64,000 nt of DNA from Methanomassiliicoccales archaeon (GTDB taxonomy: Archaea; Thermoplasmatota; Thermoplasmata; Methanomassiliicoccales; UBA472): assembly GCA_038740345.1 (NCBI GenBank), contig JAVYMA010000009.1, forward strand, positions 3,017 through 67,016. The letters are read 5' to 3'. The notes below the pieces were generated by a model, which worked only from the letters and a program-made list of their open reading frames with translations, was not told the origin of the DNA and ran no database searches. Positions 46,064 through 55,909 of this stretch are shown here, one piece after another (the first letter of the stretch is position 1; every line of letters starts with the position of its first letter). The translations under genes were made by a program, and so were the position numbers.

Positions 46064-46185
46064 TTCGCCTCATTTTGGAATGCAGCCCTCACCATAAAAT
46101 ACTGTGCATACACCCACATTTTTATTATGTAAATGAGGAGAAAAGGGGGAGATGGATTAATTATTGCCTTGTGAGATTGCGGTCC

Positions 46186-47166
46186 ATGCTCAACACGGGG
46201 GTCATTGGCGTCGGTTCCATGGGCCAGAATCACGCTCGCATATATTCGGAGATATCCAACCTGATCGGCGTGTATGATGTTGATCGAGCACAATGTAAGA
46301 AAGTGGCGGAACGTTTCGGAGTGAAGGCCTTCGACTCCATCGAGAGCATTTTAGCTGAGACGGAAGCGGTCAGCGTATGCACCATAACTAGCAAGCATCA
46401 TGAGATTGCGCGAAGAACTATCCTGGCAGGGCGTCATCTTCTAGTGGAGAAACCGTTCACTGGAGATTCAAGTACCGCAGAAGAATTATGCACCTTGGCC
46501 GAGAGGCAGGGGGTGACTTTGGCTGCAGGTTTCGTGGAACGGTCCAACCCAGTAGTCTCGGCGGCTAGAGAAGCTCTGCGAGAGGGGCGCTTCGGTAAGG
46601 TTATAACTTTCGCTTCCAGGAGAGTGTCCTCCTTCCCTGCGAGGGTAAGGGATGTGGGAGTGGTGATGGACCTTGGTATTCACGATGTCGATGTGTTGAG
46701 ATACATGACAGGAATGGAGGCTCGGAGTGTTTACGCTTTAGGGGGAAGATTCAACAGCTCCTCCTTCGAGGACCATGCCAACCTGCTTTTGGAAATGGAG
46801 GGTGGCATCGTGGCCTTCGTGGAAGTTAATTGGCTCACGCCCATGAAGGTCCGCAAGGTATCGCTTACGTGCAGCGGAGGGTTCGTGCAGCTGGATTACA
46901 TGGATCAAAGTTTGGAGGTATCCTCCTCCACCACCAAGGACTTCGATATGGCAGATGCCTTCCGAGTGCCACTGGAGACAGACGTGCGTCGCATCTCCGT
47001 CAAGAAGGAGGAACCTCTAAAACGTGAGCTGGAGGATTTCTTAAGAGCGGCCAAGAGCGGAAGCCAACCCCGGGCGGGAGGAAGGGATGCGCTACAGGAT
47101 CTGCGCATCTGCGAAGCGGCAATAAGGTCCCTGCAATCAGGTCATAAGGTGGAGGTGCAGTGGTGA
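46186..47166 (+). CDS. Gfo/Idh/MocA-family NAD-dependent oxidoreductase (sugar dehydrogenase-like)
   Basis: The Rossmann N-terminus is MLNTGVIGVGSMGQNHARIY, followed by EKP. The start is placed at ATG 46186; the ORF is open from 46075. Confidence 0.75.
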   Translation: MLNTGVIGVGSMGQNHARIYSEISNLIGVYDVDRAQCKKVAERFGVKAFDSIESILAETEAVSVCTITSKHHEIARRTILAGRHLLVEKPFTGDSSTAEELCTLAERQGVTLAAGFVERSNPVVSAAREALREGRFGKVITFASRRVSSFPARVRDVGVVMDLGIHDVDVLRYMTGMEARSVYALGGRFNSSSFEDHANLLLEMEGGIVAFVEVNWLTPMKVRKVSLTCSGGFVQLDYMDQSLEVSSSTTKDFDMADAFRVPLETDVRRISVKKEEPLKRELEDFLRAAKSGSQPRAGGRDALQDLRICEAAIRSLQSGHKVEVQW

Positions 47167-48182
47167 GGTTCATCGATCTCCGCAGTGACACCGTCACTCT
47201 GCCCACGAAGGATATGATGCGAGCTATCCAGGAGGCGGAGTTAGGGGACGATGTGGCGAGAGAGGATCCCACGGTCAACCGACTAGAACGCATGGCGGCG
47301 GATCGCTTTGGAAAGGAGGCGGCGCTTTTAGTACCAAGCGGAACAGCGGGCAACTTGATTTCGGTGATGACACATTGTCGCCATGGGGATGAGATGTTCT
47401 GCGAAGCGGAGGCTCACATCTATTATTATGAGGTAGGAGGGATATCTTCAGTTGCAGGCGTCATTCCTCGTTTAATAAAAGGTGAGAGAGGGGTCTTCAC
47501 CGCAGAACAACTAGAAGCCAGTTTTAGAGGAAGAGAGCTGCATTATCCCAATCCCGCCTTGGTGGCTATAGAGAATACGCACAACCGGGCGGGGGGATGC
47601 TGCTGGACGCCCCGGCAAGTGGAGGAAGTGGCGGCCTCAGCCCATGATCGCGGTATGAAGGTCCACATAGATGGAGCAAGAATTTTCAACGCCTGCGTGG
47701 CCTTGGATGTGGGACCTAAGGATTTCGCGAGGCACGTGGACAGCATAACCTTCTGTCTCTCCAAAGGGCTGGCGTGTCCTGTAGGCTCGGTCATTGTCGG
47801 GGATAAGGACTTCATCGATCGAGCCAGGAAGAATCGGAAGATGCTAGGAGGGGGGATGAGACAGGCAGGCATTATCGCTGCTCCAGGCATAGTCGCCTTG
47901 GAGAGCATGGTGGAGCGCCTGAAAGAGGATCATGACAATGCAAAAGTTCTTGCTAGAGGGTTAGCGGAACACGGCTTAAGCGTCGACATGTCCACTGTTC
48001 AGACCAACATCGTCTTGGTGGATGTCTCCCCTATGAAAGCTAGTGATTATGTGTCTCAGGCTAAGAAGAAAGGTGTCCTGTGCTCTTCATTTGGAAAAAC
48101 GATTGTAAGGTTTGTTACTCATTATGGAATCACCCAGGAGGATGTAGAGGAAGCGCTAACCAGACTCGCTCCCACATCATAG
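47160..48182 (+). CDS. Low-specificity L-threonine aldolase (beta-eliminating lyase family)
   Basis: FIDLRSDTVTLPT...LGDDVAREDPTVNRLE...HIDGARIFNA...SKGL...GGGMRQAGIIAA. The start is GTG. Confidence 0.8.
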   Translation: MVRFIDLRSDTVTLPTKDMMRAIQEAELGDDVAREDPTVNRLERMAADRFGKEAALLVPSGTAGNLISVMTHCRHGDEMFCEAEAHIYYYEVGGISSVAGVIPRLIKGERGVFTAEQLEASFRGRELHYPNPALVAIENTHNRAGGCCWTPRQVEEVAASAHDRGMKVHIDGARIFNACVALDVGPKDFARHVDSITFCLSKGLACPVGSVIVGDKDFIDRARKNRKMLGGGMRQAGIIAAPGIVALESMVERLKEDHDNAKVLARGLAEHGLSVDMSTVQTNIVLVDVSPMKASDYVSQAKKKGVLCSSFGKTIVRFVTHYGITQEDVEEALTRLAPTS

Positions 48183-48264
48183 AAGTTTTTCTAATGAGGA
48201 ATCTCGCCCTTTTCGACAACACGCTGAAAAATCATTAAGTCAGGCAGCGCTATGCAGTGCTGTC

Positions 48265-49698
48265 ATGACGTCGAAATTACGGTCGTTGATATCGAAAAGG
48301 GGGCCTATCAAGAAAGTCGGCGTAGTGGGAATGGGATATGTAGGGATTCCTGCTGCTGTACTTTTCGCTGACGTTCCCCATTTCGAATTGGTGCTAGGAT
48401 TCCAGCGCGCCTCCAGTTCCTCGGGGCATAAAATAGACATGCTCAATCGGGGAGAGAGCCCCCTTAAAGGCAACGAGCCCGGTCTGGAGGAGCTCTTGAA
48501 AAAGGTGGTGGCGGCGCGTAAGTTCCAATGCACATCTGATTTCTCTAGGATTTCTGAGTTGGATGCGGTCACGCTGGCCATACAAACACCCTTCGCCAAT
48601 CCCAAGGATCTAGTTCCGGATTTCAGCGCTTTGAATGAGGGCCTCCGCAACGTAGGGCGCAATCTGAGAGAAGGGATGCTTGTGGTACTTGAGTCCACGG
48701 TTACGCCTGGGACAACTGAGGGAATGGCAAAGCAGTTATTGGAGGAGGAATCTGGATTGGTGGCTGGAGAAGACTTTGCTCTGGCGCACGCCCCAGAAAG
48801 GGTGATGGTCGGCCGGCTCATCAGGAACATTCGTGAGCACGATAGGATAGTGGGTGGGATAGACGAGGTCAGCACCGAACGTGCCGCAGAGCTATACGCT
48901 CCTGTGCTTACAAAAGGTAAGATAATCAAGATGACTGCCACCGCGGCCGAGGTGACCAAGACTGCCGAGAATACCTTCAGGGATCTGCAGATAGCAGCTG
49001 TCAATCAGTTGGCCTTGTATTGCGAGGCTATGGGGGTGAACGTCTATGATGTGAGGACGGGCATAGATAGTCTGAAGGGAGAAGGCGTCACACGTGCCAT
49101 ACTCTGGCCAGGTGCGGGGGTTGGGGGGCATTGCCTCACCAAGGACACTTATCATTTGGAGCGTGGGGTGAAGCTCAAGGGTGGTTTCCTAGACTATCCA
49201 GAGGGTTTAGAGTCTATCTACGTTTTGGCAAGGAAGGTGAATGACTTCATGCCGCGCCATATGTACAATTTGACGGTCAGGGCGTTGGAAAGAATCGGGA
49301 AGAAGCCCACAGGATCTAAGATTGCCATATTGGGTTGGGCGTTCATTCACGACTCAGATGATGCGAGGAATCCTCCCTCAGAGGCCTACCGGGATCTGTT
49401 GGTGCAGGCGGGAGCGAGGACATCAGTTCACGATCCGTACGTACCGAGCTATCCTGGTGTACCTTTGAGCAAAGATCTAGACGAGGTTGTGGAAGGAGCC
49501 GATGCCATTGCCATATTGACAGCTCATTCTCAGTATTACAGCCTGGAACCCTTGAAGCTCAAGCGTCTATCAGGTTGTCCCAATCCGGTTATAGTTGATG
49601 GGCGAAACGTGGTGGACCCTGACAAGTTCATTGAGGCAGGGTTCGTTTACAAAGGAATCGGACGAGGTGACAAGAACGACCACATCATCAAATTTTAA
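48265..49698 (+). CDS. Nucleotide-sugar 6-dehydrogenase (UDP-N-acetyl-D-mannosamine/glucosamine dehydrogenase, WecC/WbpA-like)
   Basis: KKVGVVGMGYVGIPAAVLFA (Rossmann), the catalytic Cys block GVGGHCLTKD, and a C-terminal UDP-binding domain. Confidence 0.8.
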   Translation: MTSKLRSLISKRGPIKKVGVVGMGYVGIPAAVLFADVPHFELVLGFQRASSSSGHKIDMLNRGESPLKGNEPGLEELLKKVVAARKFQCTSDFSRISELDAVTLAIQTPFANPKDLVPDFSALNEGLRNVGRNLREGMLVVLESTVTPGTTEGMAKQLLEEESGLVAGEDFALAHAPERVMVGRLIRNIREHDRIVGGIDEVSTERAAELYAPVLTKGKIIKMTATAAEVTKTAENTFRDLQIAAVNQLALYCEAMGVNVYDVRTGIDSLKGEGVTRAILWPGAGVGGHCLTKDTYHLERGVKLKGGFLDYPEGLESIYVLARKVNDFMPRHMYNLTVRALERIGKKPTGSKIAILGWAFIHDSDDARNPPSEAYRDLLVQAGARTSVHDPYVPSYPGVPLSKDLDEVVEGADAIAILTAHSQYYSLEPLKLKRLSGCPNPVIVDGRNVVDPDKFIEAGFVYKGIGRGDKNDHIIKF

Positions 49699-49855
49699 GG
49701 TGGACCTCAAGAGGTGATTCGTCGCAAAAATATTGGCTATCTCAACGCCCCTGGAAATCAATTTCTATCGGAACATTCACATAAAAGTTTGAGAAAGGTG
49801 AACATTCTAACTGCGTATTCTACCTCTTCTTACCACAGCTATAAGGGAAGTCGAA

Positions 49856-50804
49856 GTGTATAGAATGGCTAAATATCTGAGTTGGATAAGAGAGAACAAA
49901 GTGGCAAGGGCACTTTTCATCGCCATAATCTTGGTCTTTCTGCTGATCTTTTTCGCGGCATGGTTCGCGAGCGTTCCCTTAGGCTACAAGGCGGTGGTCA
50001 CGTCAGCTCCAGACGCGAAATACATCGGCATCACTTTGGATGAGCGATGGCACATAAACCCTTATTTCCTGCTCTGCAGCATAGAGCTCATCCGCTACAA
50101 TTCTCAAAGCGTGGAATTCATAGGGCAGGACTTAGCCGATGACAATTACGGTTCGATTGTCGTGCGCTCCAACGACAATTTAGAGGTATTCATGGTTTTA
50201 AGCGTGATCTATCACATCCCAGCGGATAAGGCGTCCAGCGTCAGGCTGAAATATGGAGATCATAAGCACACTATCTTGGAGCAAGATATGCAGCGCAGTG
50301 CCTAGAGGTATGGCAGCTCAATACAATGCCTTGGATATCATAGGAGAGAATCGCAATGCCGTGGAGCGCAGCATCAGAGATAACATCACCAGGCAATTGG
50401 CCGAGCATGATATCGTGGTGGAGCTCTTCTCTCTCAGGGATGTAAGGCCTGCAGACAGCGTAAGCAAGGCCATAGAAGATAAGAAAGTGGCTGAGCAATA
50501 CCTCATTACTGCAGCTTATCAGGCGCAGGCAAGAATAGTCTTAGCACAGGGCAATCTCACCGCCACCATAATAAATGCGAATGCTTCCGCACAAGCGCAG
50601 ATAATAAAGGCGTACGGCTCAGCTGTCGCCATTAAGCTTATAATGGAAATGTTCAAGCAGCAGGATCCCGATGCCAGCAATGTTACGCTTAACCACCTCA
50701 CTTGGTTGTACATCCAGGCCCTGAGCGATCCTAATTCTAACATAAAGTATATCATCGTCCCCCAGGGCAATGGCCTTCCCCTACTGCTACAAGTACAACC
50801 CTGA
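49856..50804 (+). pseudogene. SPFH/band-7 (prohibitin/stomatin-like) gene interrupted by a +1 frameshift near 50285-50300
   Basis: ORF 49856-50305 carries the TM anchor and the first SPFH half, ending ...LKYGDHKHTILEQDMQRSA*. It continues in the next frame as ...ICSAVPRGMAAQYNALDIIGENRNAVERSI...AIEDKKVAEQ (50253-50804). Confidence 0.6.
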
Positions 50805-51056
50805 GCCATTATGCTGCTATTTGCTCTGCGAAACGCTTTTCTCAACCTTCTTTTGCTCGTCCTAGCGGCGAATGAAATCCCCAGCTTTTTGCTACATCAG
50901 CAAATGTTTATATGAGGTGGCTTTTGATACTGGTGCGTCGGGCCAGTGTATATCATATCCAGGGCCAGAGGAGCAATTTGGTCCGTTATGCACGGCTCTA
51001 AGGGGCTTTGTGCCGAGAGTTCGGCGCGCCTCCAAACGGAACACGGGGGAAGACAA

Positions 51057-52121
51057 GTGGGTAACAGGCTATTCACAGTCGGACCAGTAGAGGTATTCGA
51101 GGACACCCTGAGGGCGATGAGCAAACCCATGATGATCCATCGCGGTAAGGAATATGCGCAATTGCAGTGCAGCATCGTGGAGAAGCTGCATAAGGTCCTT
51201 GATACGGATATGAATATATTCCTCATGCCTGCTTCCGCCACTGGCTTCCTCGAGGCATGTGTGCGTAGCGGCGTGCACGATCATATGATGTCGCTCACCA
51301 ATGGCTCCTTTGGCGATAGATGGGCGCAGATCGGCGTGGCGTGCGGCAAGACGGTCAAGCGTGTAGAGGTGGCCTGGGGCAAGGCTATTCGATGCGTGGA
51401 CGTGGCGGGTAAGCTAGAGCCCGCAACGGAAGCGGTGACTATAGTATCAAATGAGAGCTCCACCGGCGTGCTAAATCCTACCAAAGAACTCGTCAGATTG
51501 TTCAAAGCTGAGGGCGATCCCTTGATCTTCGTCGACGGTGTCACCTCAGTGGGAGCGGTGGACCTCAAGCTACGGGAGATGGAGATCGATGCCCTAGTGT
51601 TCGGATCCCAGAAGGCTCTGGCATTACCTCCAGGGTTGGCCATCATATGCTGTTCCGACCGATTGCTCAAGGTGGCAGAAAAAGTACAGGGGCGAGGCTA
51701 TTATATGGACCTCTTGGAATACAAGAAGGCCGCGGACAAGGATATGCCCTTGACCACGCCCCCCATCTCTTTAATGTATGGCCTCGACTATCAACTAGAT
51801 AAGATGTTGAAGGAGGGCATGGCCAACCGCTATGCGCGCCATCATGAGATGGCCGAGGCCACCAGGGCTTGGGCGCGGAAACGTTTCAAGCTTTTCGCAG
51901 AGAAAGGCTATGAGTCTGAGACCATAACCGTGATAGAATCCGGTGGCCTAGACTTCGCTAGGCTGGACAAGGAGCTGAAGGCGCGTGGCTTTGAGATATC
52001 TCCAGGCTATGGTAAGATAAAGGATTCGACCTTCCGCATAGGGCATATGGGAGATCTGACCATGAGGGACATGAATGACCTGTTCAAAGCCCTGGACGAG
52101 TCATTGGAGGCGATGCGATGA
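51057..52121 (+). CDS. Class V aminotransferase (archaeal phosphoserine / serine-glyoxylate aminotransferase-like)
   Basis: The GTG at 51057 is preceded by GGGGGA and gives MGNRLFTVGPVEVFEDTLRAM... The Lys block is FGSQKALALPPG. The gene overlaps serA by 4 nt. The ORF is open from 50946, but the extra 37 aa look non-homologous. Confidence 0.75.
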   Translation: MGNRLFTVGPVEVFEDTLRAMSKPMMIHRGKEYAQLQCSIVEKLHKVLDTDMNIFLMPASATGFLEACVRSGVHDHMMSLTNGSFGDRWAQIGVACGKTVKRVEVAWGKAIRCVDVAGKLEPATEAVTIVSNESSTGVLNPTKELVRLFKAEGDPLIFVDGVTSVGAVDLKLREMEIDALVFGSQKALALPPGLAIICCSDRLLKVAEKVQGRGYYMDLLEYKKAADKDMPLTTPPISLMYGLDYQLDKMLKEGMANRYARHHEMAEATRAWARKRFKLFAEKGYESETITVIESGGLDFARLDKELKARGFEISPGYGKIKDSTFRIGHMGDLTMRDMNDLFKALDESLEAMR

Positions 52122-53725
52122 AGGTGTTGGTCACAGATGAACTCTCTAAAGAGGGGCTTGAGATACTCACGAAGGACTCAAGTTTGCAGGTGGATGTAAG
52201 ACCAGGCATTCCTCATGAGGAGCTAATCAGGATAATCAGCGATTACGAGGCGTTGATCATCCGCTCAGGCACCAAGGTCACCAGGGAGGTGATCGAGGCG
52301 GGCAAGAAACTTAAGGTAGTGGGCCGAGCGGGCGTAGGGGTGGACAACGTAGACGTGGAAGCGGCGACGCGCAGGGGCGTGTTAGTCATGAACACACCCT
52401 TGGGAAATATCGTATCCGCGGCGGAGCATACCATGGCCATGATGCTATCATTAGCCCGCAAGATAGTATGGGCGGATGCTTCTTTAAAGAGTGGAAAATG
52501 GGAGAGATCCAAGTTCATTGGCACCGAGCTCAACGGGAAGACCTTGGGTATTGTGGGAGTTGGGCGCGTGGGAGCGGAGGTGGCCAAGCGAGCCCGCTCC
52601 TTCCAGATGAAGATGGTAGGCTACGACCCCTTTTTGCCAGCAGAGGCAGCGGTCAAGCTAGGTGTCAGGTTGATGCCGCTGGAGAAAGTCATCGAGGAGG
52701 CGGACATAATAACCATACATGCCCCGCTTACGCCAAGCACCAAGCACATGATAGGAAAAGAGCAATTCCGCCTGATGAAGCCGCACGTCCTGCTCATCAA
52801 CTGTGCTAGGGGAGGGATAGTGGATGAGGAGGCGTTGTACGAGGCCTTGAAGTCCAAGCGCATAGCTGGCGCGGCCTTGGATGTGTTCGAGAACGAGCCT
52901 CCCAAGGGATCTAAGCTCCTGGAATTGGATAACATAATCGTGACCCCCCACCTGGGAGCTAGCACCAAGGAAGCACAGGAGAAAGTATCGTTGGAGATGG
53001 CGGAGTGCGTCAAAGCCTTCCTGGTGGAAGGTAAGATTTCCAATGCTGTCAATGCACCCTTGGGAAGAGTGGAGCCAAAAGTGCTTCCGTATATACCCTT
53101 GGCCGAGACCTTGGCCTCCTTCGCCTTCCAGCTGGTCGACGGTCCGGTGAAGAAAATAGAGGTGGGCTACTTTGGAGAGCTAGCCCTATTGGACACCAAG
53201 ACCCTGAGCACTTCCGCCATAATCGGCGTCCTGAGCCATATAATCGGAGAGCAGCAAGTGAACATAGTTAATGCTTCGTACATAGCCAAAGAGAAAGGAA
53301 TTCAGATCACCGAGACCAGGAGCGAGGAGTCGCCTAGGTATGTAAATATGATCTCCGTCCGGATCCATTCCGATGGGGTCAGCCGTGAGGTGCGGGGGAC
53401 CGTCTTCCCTGGCACTCAGATGAGGCTATTGGGAGTGGATGAATATGACCTTGACATGCCAATTGAAGGAGATTTCCTCTTGACCAAGCATAATGACGTC
53501 CCCGGCATCATCGGCCGTGTAGGAACCGTATTAGGAGAGAATCACATCAACATCGCTCGCATGGGCGTCGGGCGCGAGACCAGAGGGGGGATGGCGATCA
53601 TGTTGGTGGCAGTGGATGATGTGGTCTCCAAGGAGGTTCTCGATTACATGCTCAAGCTCAAGGACTTCAAGGAGGCGCGCTTCATCCGCCTCTCCCAGAT
53701 GCGTCCTAAGTCCTACATCTCTTAA
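52118..53725 (+). CDS. serA: D-3-phosphoglycerate dehydrogenase (long form with ASB and ACT domains)
   Basis: MKVLVTD...GIVGVGRVGAEVAKRA...INCARGGIVDE...TPHLGAST, with a C-terminal ACT-like region. Length is 535 aa. Confidence 0.9.
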   Translation: MKVLVTDELSKEGLEILTKDSSLQVDVRPGIPHEELIRIISDYEALIIRSGTKVTREVIEAGKKLKVVGRAGVGVDNVDVEAATRRGVLVMNTPLGNIVSAAEHTMAMMLSLARKIVWADASLKSGKWERSKFIGTELNGKTLGIVGVGRVGAEVAKRARSFQMKMVGYDPFLPAEAAVKLGVRLMPLEKVIEEADIITIHAPLTPSTKHMIGKEQFRLMKPHVLLINCARGGIVDEEALYEALKSKRIAGAALDVFENEPPKGSKLLELDNIIVTPHLGASTKEAQEKVSLEMAECVKAFLVEGKISNAVNAPLGRVEPKVLPYIPLAETLASFAFQLVDGPVKKIEVGYFGELALLDTKTLSTSAIIGVLSHIIGEQQVNIVNASYIAKEKGIQITETRSEESPRYVNMISVRIHSDGVSREVRGTVFPGTQMRLLGVDEYDLDMPIEGDFLLTKHNDVPGIIGRVGTVLGENHINIARMGVGRETRGGMAIMLVAVDDVVSKEVLDYMLKLKDFKEARFIRLSQMRPKSYIS

Positions 53726-53872
53726 GAAAATAAGGGCGGTCCGAAAGGATGATGGGAATTTTAGGGAATGTACAAACATGCGAGGCAAGGCATTAATCGA
53801 CTGAGAGCGTATTGATATCGTCTTTGCCATATAGGCTCTGATACAGTCCACGTCAATGGAAGAGGTTGGCAA

Positions 53873-54745
53873 ATGGTAGATATGGTTAGCATAAAAGAGT
53901 TCATGGCATCGATCGGGACCGTCATGGGACTAGCCTTCGTAGTGTGCAGTATGCTATCCATGGGTTTCTCGCTCACCTTGCGGCAGATTCTTCAACCTTT
54001 GCGCGATTTCAGGATGGTAGCCTCGGCCTTACTGGTGAGTTTTGTCCTCGTTCCCCTGCTAGCCCTATTTCTCATCTGGGCTTTCCCCTTGCCAGAAGAC
54101 TTGGCCGCGGGGTTTCTGATCGTGGCATTCTGTGCTGGCTGTCCCTTCCTTCCCAAACTGGCTCATGTGGCTAAAGGGGACATGGCGCTGTCCGTTGGAC
54201 TCATGGTGTTGCTCATGATGGCTACCATCGTCTTGGCGCCGCTCGTTCTTCCATTGCTTATCGATGATCTGGATATTGGTGCATGGGAGCTGGCTCGCTC
54301 TTTGATCACACTCCTACTCCTCCCGCTTGCTTTCTCCCTTTTTGTAAAGGCTCGATATGGGGAGGTTGCCGACCGTCTGGCCCCCCTCATGGCCCAGGTG
54401 GCCAATTTCAGCTTGGCGATCCTCGTTATCGCGGTTTTCGTGGCCTATTTCGATTACCTAGCTAGCGTGATTGGCACCACCGCCATCTTGGTATCGCTCG
54501 TCTTCGCGCTGCTTGCCTTCGCCCTCGGCTGGGGCATGGGAGGACGGGACGTGAACAAGAAGAAGGTGCTGGCATTGGGGGCGGCCTACAGAAACGTCTC
54601 AGCCGCACTAGCCATAGGGGCAACCAGTTTCGAAGGGATAAATGAACTCGTCATGATACTGGTGGTTTCTCTCATGGGTATGGTTATCTTGATGCTTATC
54701 GGTGGTGAGCTAGCTAAGCGCTATCCAAGTGCAACACAGGGCTAG
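53873..54745 (+). CDS. Bile acid:sodium symporter (BASS/BART superfamily) transporter
   Basis: A 290-aa polytopic protein. GFSLTLRQI...LLVSFVLVPLLA...AGCPFLPKLAHVAKGDMALSVGLM fits the BASS pattern. Confidence 0.6.
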   Translation: MVDMVSIKEFMASIGTVMGLAFVVCSMLSMGFSLTLRQILQPLRDFRMVASALLVSFVLVPLLALFLIWAFPLPEDLAAGFLIVAFCAGCPFLPKLAHVAKGDMALSVGLMVLLMMATIVLAPLVLPLLIDDLDIGAWELARSLITLLLLPLAFSLFVKARYGEVADRLAPLMAQVANFSLAILVIAVFVAYFDYLASVIGTTAILVSLVFALLAFALGWGMGGRDVNKKKVLALGAAYRNVSAALAIGATSFEGINELVMILVVSLMGMVILMLIGGELAKRYPSATQG

Positions 54746-54757
54746 TTGAACTGACTA

Positions 54758-55066
54758 TTACATTGATGGATGGGCTCTGGAGAGCTTATCCTGGACGCTT
54801 CTGACCTTCTGCTCCATAGCATCCTTATGTCCGCCACGGTCATCCACCTCAATGCTAGTGACAACCCGGTTGCACATGGAGCGTACTTTATGATGGCATT
54901 TGCCGATAACTTCCATGACTTCATCCCATTCGCCTTCGATTATGGTGGCCATGGGCGTTAGCTGATATTTGAGTCCGCTCTCTTTTACGATCCGCACGCA
55001 CTCAGCGACATAACTTGATAGGCTTTCCCCTTTGCCGACGGGTATGACTTTAAATTGGGCGATCAT
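54758..55066 (-). CDS. MTH1187/YkoF-family (UPF0045) thiamine-binding-like protein
   Basis: MIAQFKVIPVGKGESLSSYVAECVRIVKESGLKYQLTPMATIIEGEWDEVMEVI is typical of the family. Confidence 0.75.
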   Translation of the reverse strand: MIAQFKVIPVGKGESLSSYVAECVRIVKESGLKYQLTPMATIIEGEWDEVMEVIGKCHHKVRSMCNRVVTSIEVDDRGGHKDAMEQKVRSVQDKLSRAHPSM

Positions 55067-55297
55067 GACAACTCACAATGTTATCTTCCCACACTCCTCC
55101 TATTAAATCCTTTTATGATTGCATCTCATGCACACTCTGCTCAGGAAAATAGATATGCCAGATTACCTGAAATGGATTAACATGTGTTATGTCTCTCGAC
55201 ACCAAATTATAAATACAAGATGTTGAATTGCGTAGGTCTATCTGACTCGCAAATCGCAATCGCATATGATTCATCTATAGGGGGGCCTGAGATTTAG

Positions 55298-55825
55298 ATG
55301 ATGTCCAAGAGCGCATCCGTTAAGGGCAATGGTTTTTCCAAGGAAAAGAAGGCAAATGGAAAGGCGTCCGGAAGCTCGGAGTTCGAGAAAGAAAGAAATG
55401 GGAAAAAGCAAGTAGACGACATTATGTTGGGGGAGAATGGTAAGTTCTTGACCCTGACTGTGGATGACCTTACCCAAGCAATAAAGACCAGCATCGATCA
55501 GGCGGGAATGCCTGAGGACCAGGCGAGGGCCATGGCCCAGCATGTGATGAATTTCTTCGGCTATTCTGAACGCATCATCGACAACATATTGGAGCCCGAG
55601 GATCGGGACGCCTTCTATATGCTCGAGGACACTGGTATCCTCACCACAGAAAGAGAGGAGACCACTCTATACGATGGGAGGGAGTGGAGGATTCACTATT
55701 GGCTTTTCAAGAAGGAAAGGATATATGAGCTCATTTCGGGCAATGGCCACTGCAACGGCGGAAATGATAATATGGAAACTTGTTACGATGAAGTGCCCGA
55801 AGAGATCTGGCGCAGAAACACCTAA
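55298..55825 (+). CDS. Hypothetical protein with Lys-rich disordered N-terminus
   Basis: A 175-aa ORF lying 85 nt upstream of xpd on the same strand. The core ...MNFFGYSERIIDNILEPEDRDAFYMLEDTGILT...EWRIHYWLF is not assignable by eye. Confidence 0.45.
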   Translation: MMSKSASVKGNGFSKEKKANGKASGSSEFEKERNGKKQVDDIMLGENGKFLTLTVDDLTQAIKTSIDQAGMPEDQARAMAQHVMNFFGYSERIIDNILEPEDRDAFYMLEDTGILTTEREETTLYDGREWRIHYWLFKKERIYELISGNGHCNGGNDNMETCYDEVPEEIWRRNT

Positions 55826-55909
55826 AACTTACCTTAGGATTGTTCAAAAGGACCATTTTCGCTCATCTCCGCGAAATTCTATTCTCATCCTACCTGCCTA
55901 TTTCATTAG

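Noticed and set aside
48240-49004. 254-aa minus-strand ORF.
   Set aside because: It is entirely antisense to the well-supported nucleotide-sugar dehydrogenase gene. It has a low-complexity Ser/Ala/Thr-rich translation typical of a GC-rich shadow frame.
50946-51056. Upstream ATG start for the class V aminotransferase (adds 37 aa), or alternatively a structured leader or riboswitch with the direct repeat GGGCCAG...GGGCCAG.
   Set aside because: The extension has no similarity to aminotransferase N-termini, whereas GTG 51057 follows a GGGGGA purine tract and yields the typical ...LFTVGPVEV start. I cannot support a riboswitch call from two 7-nt repeats alone.
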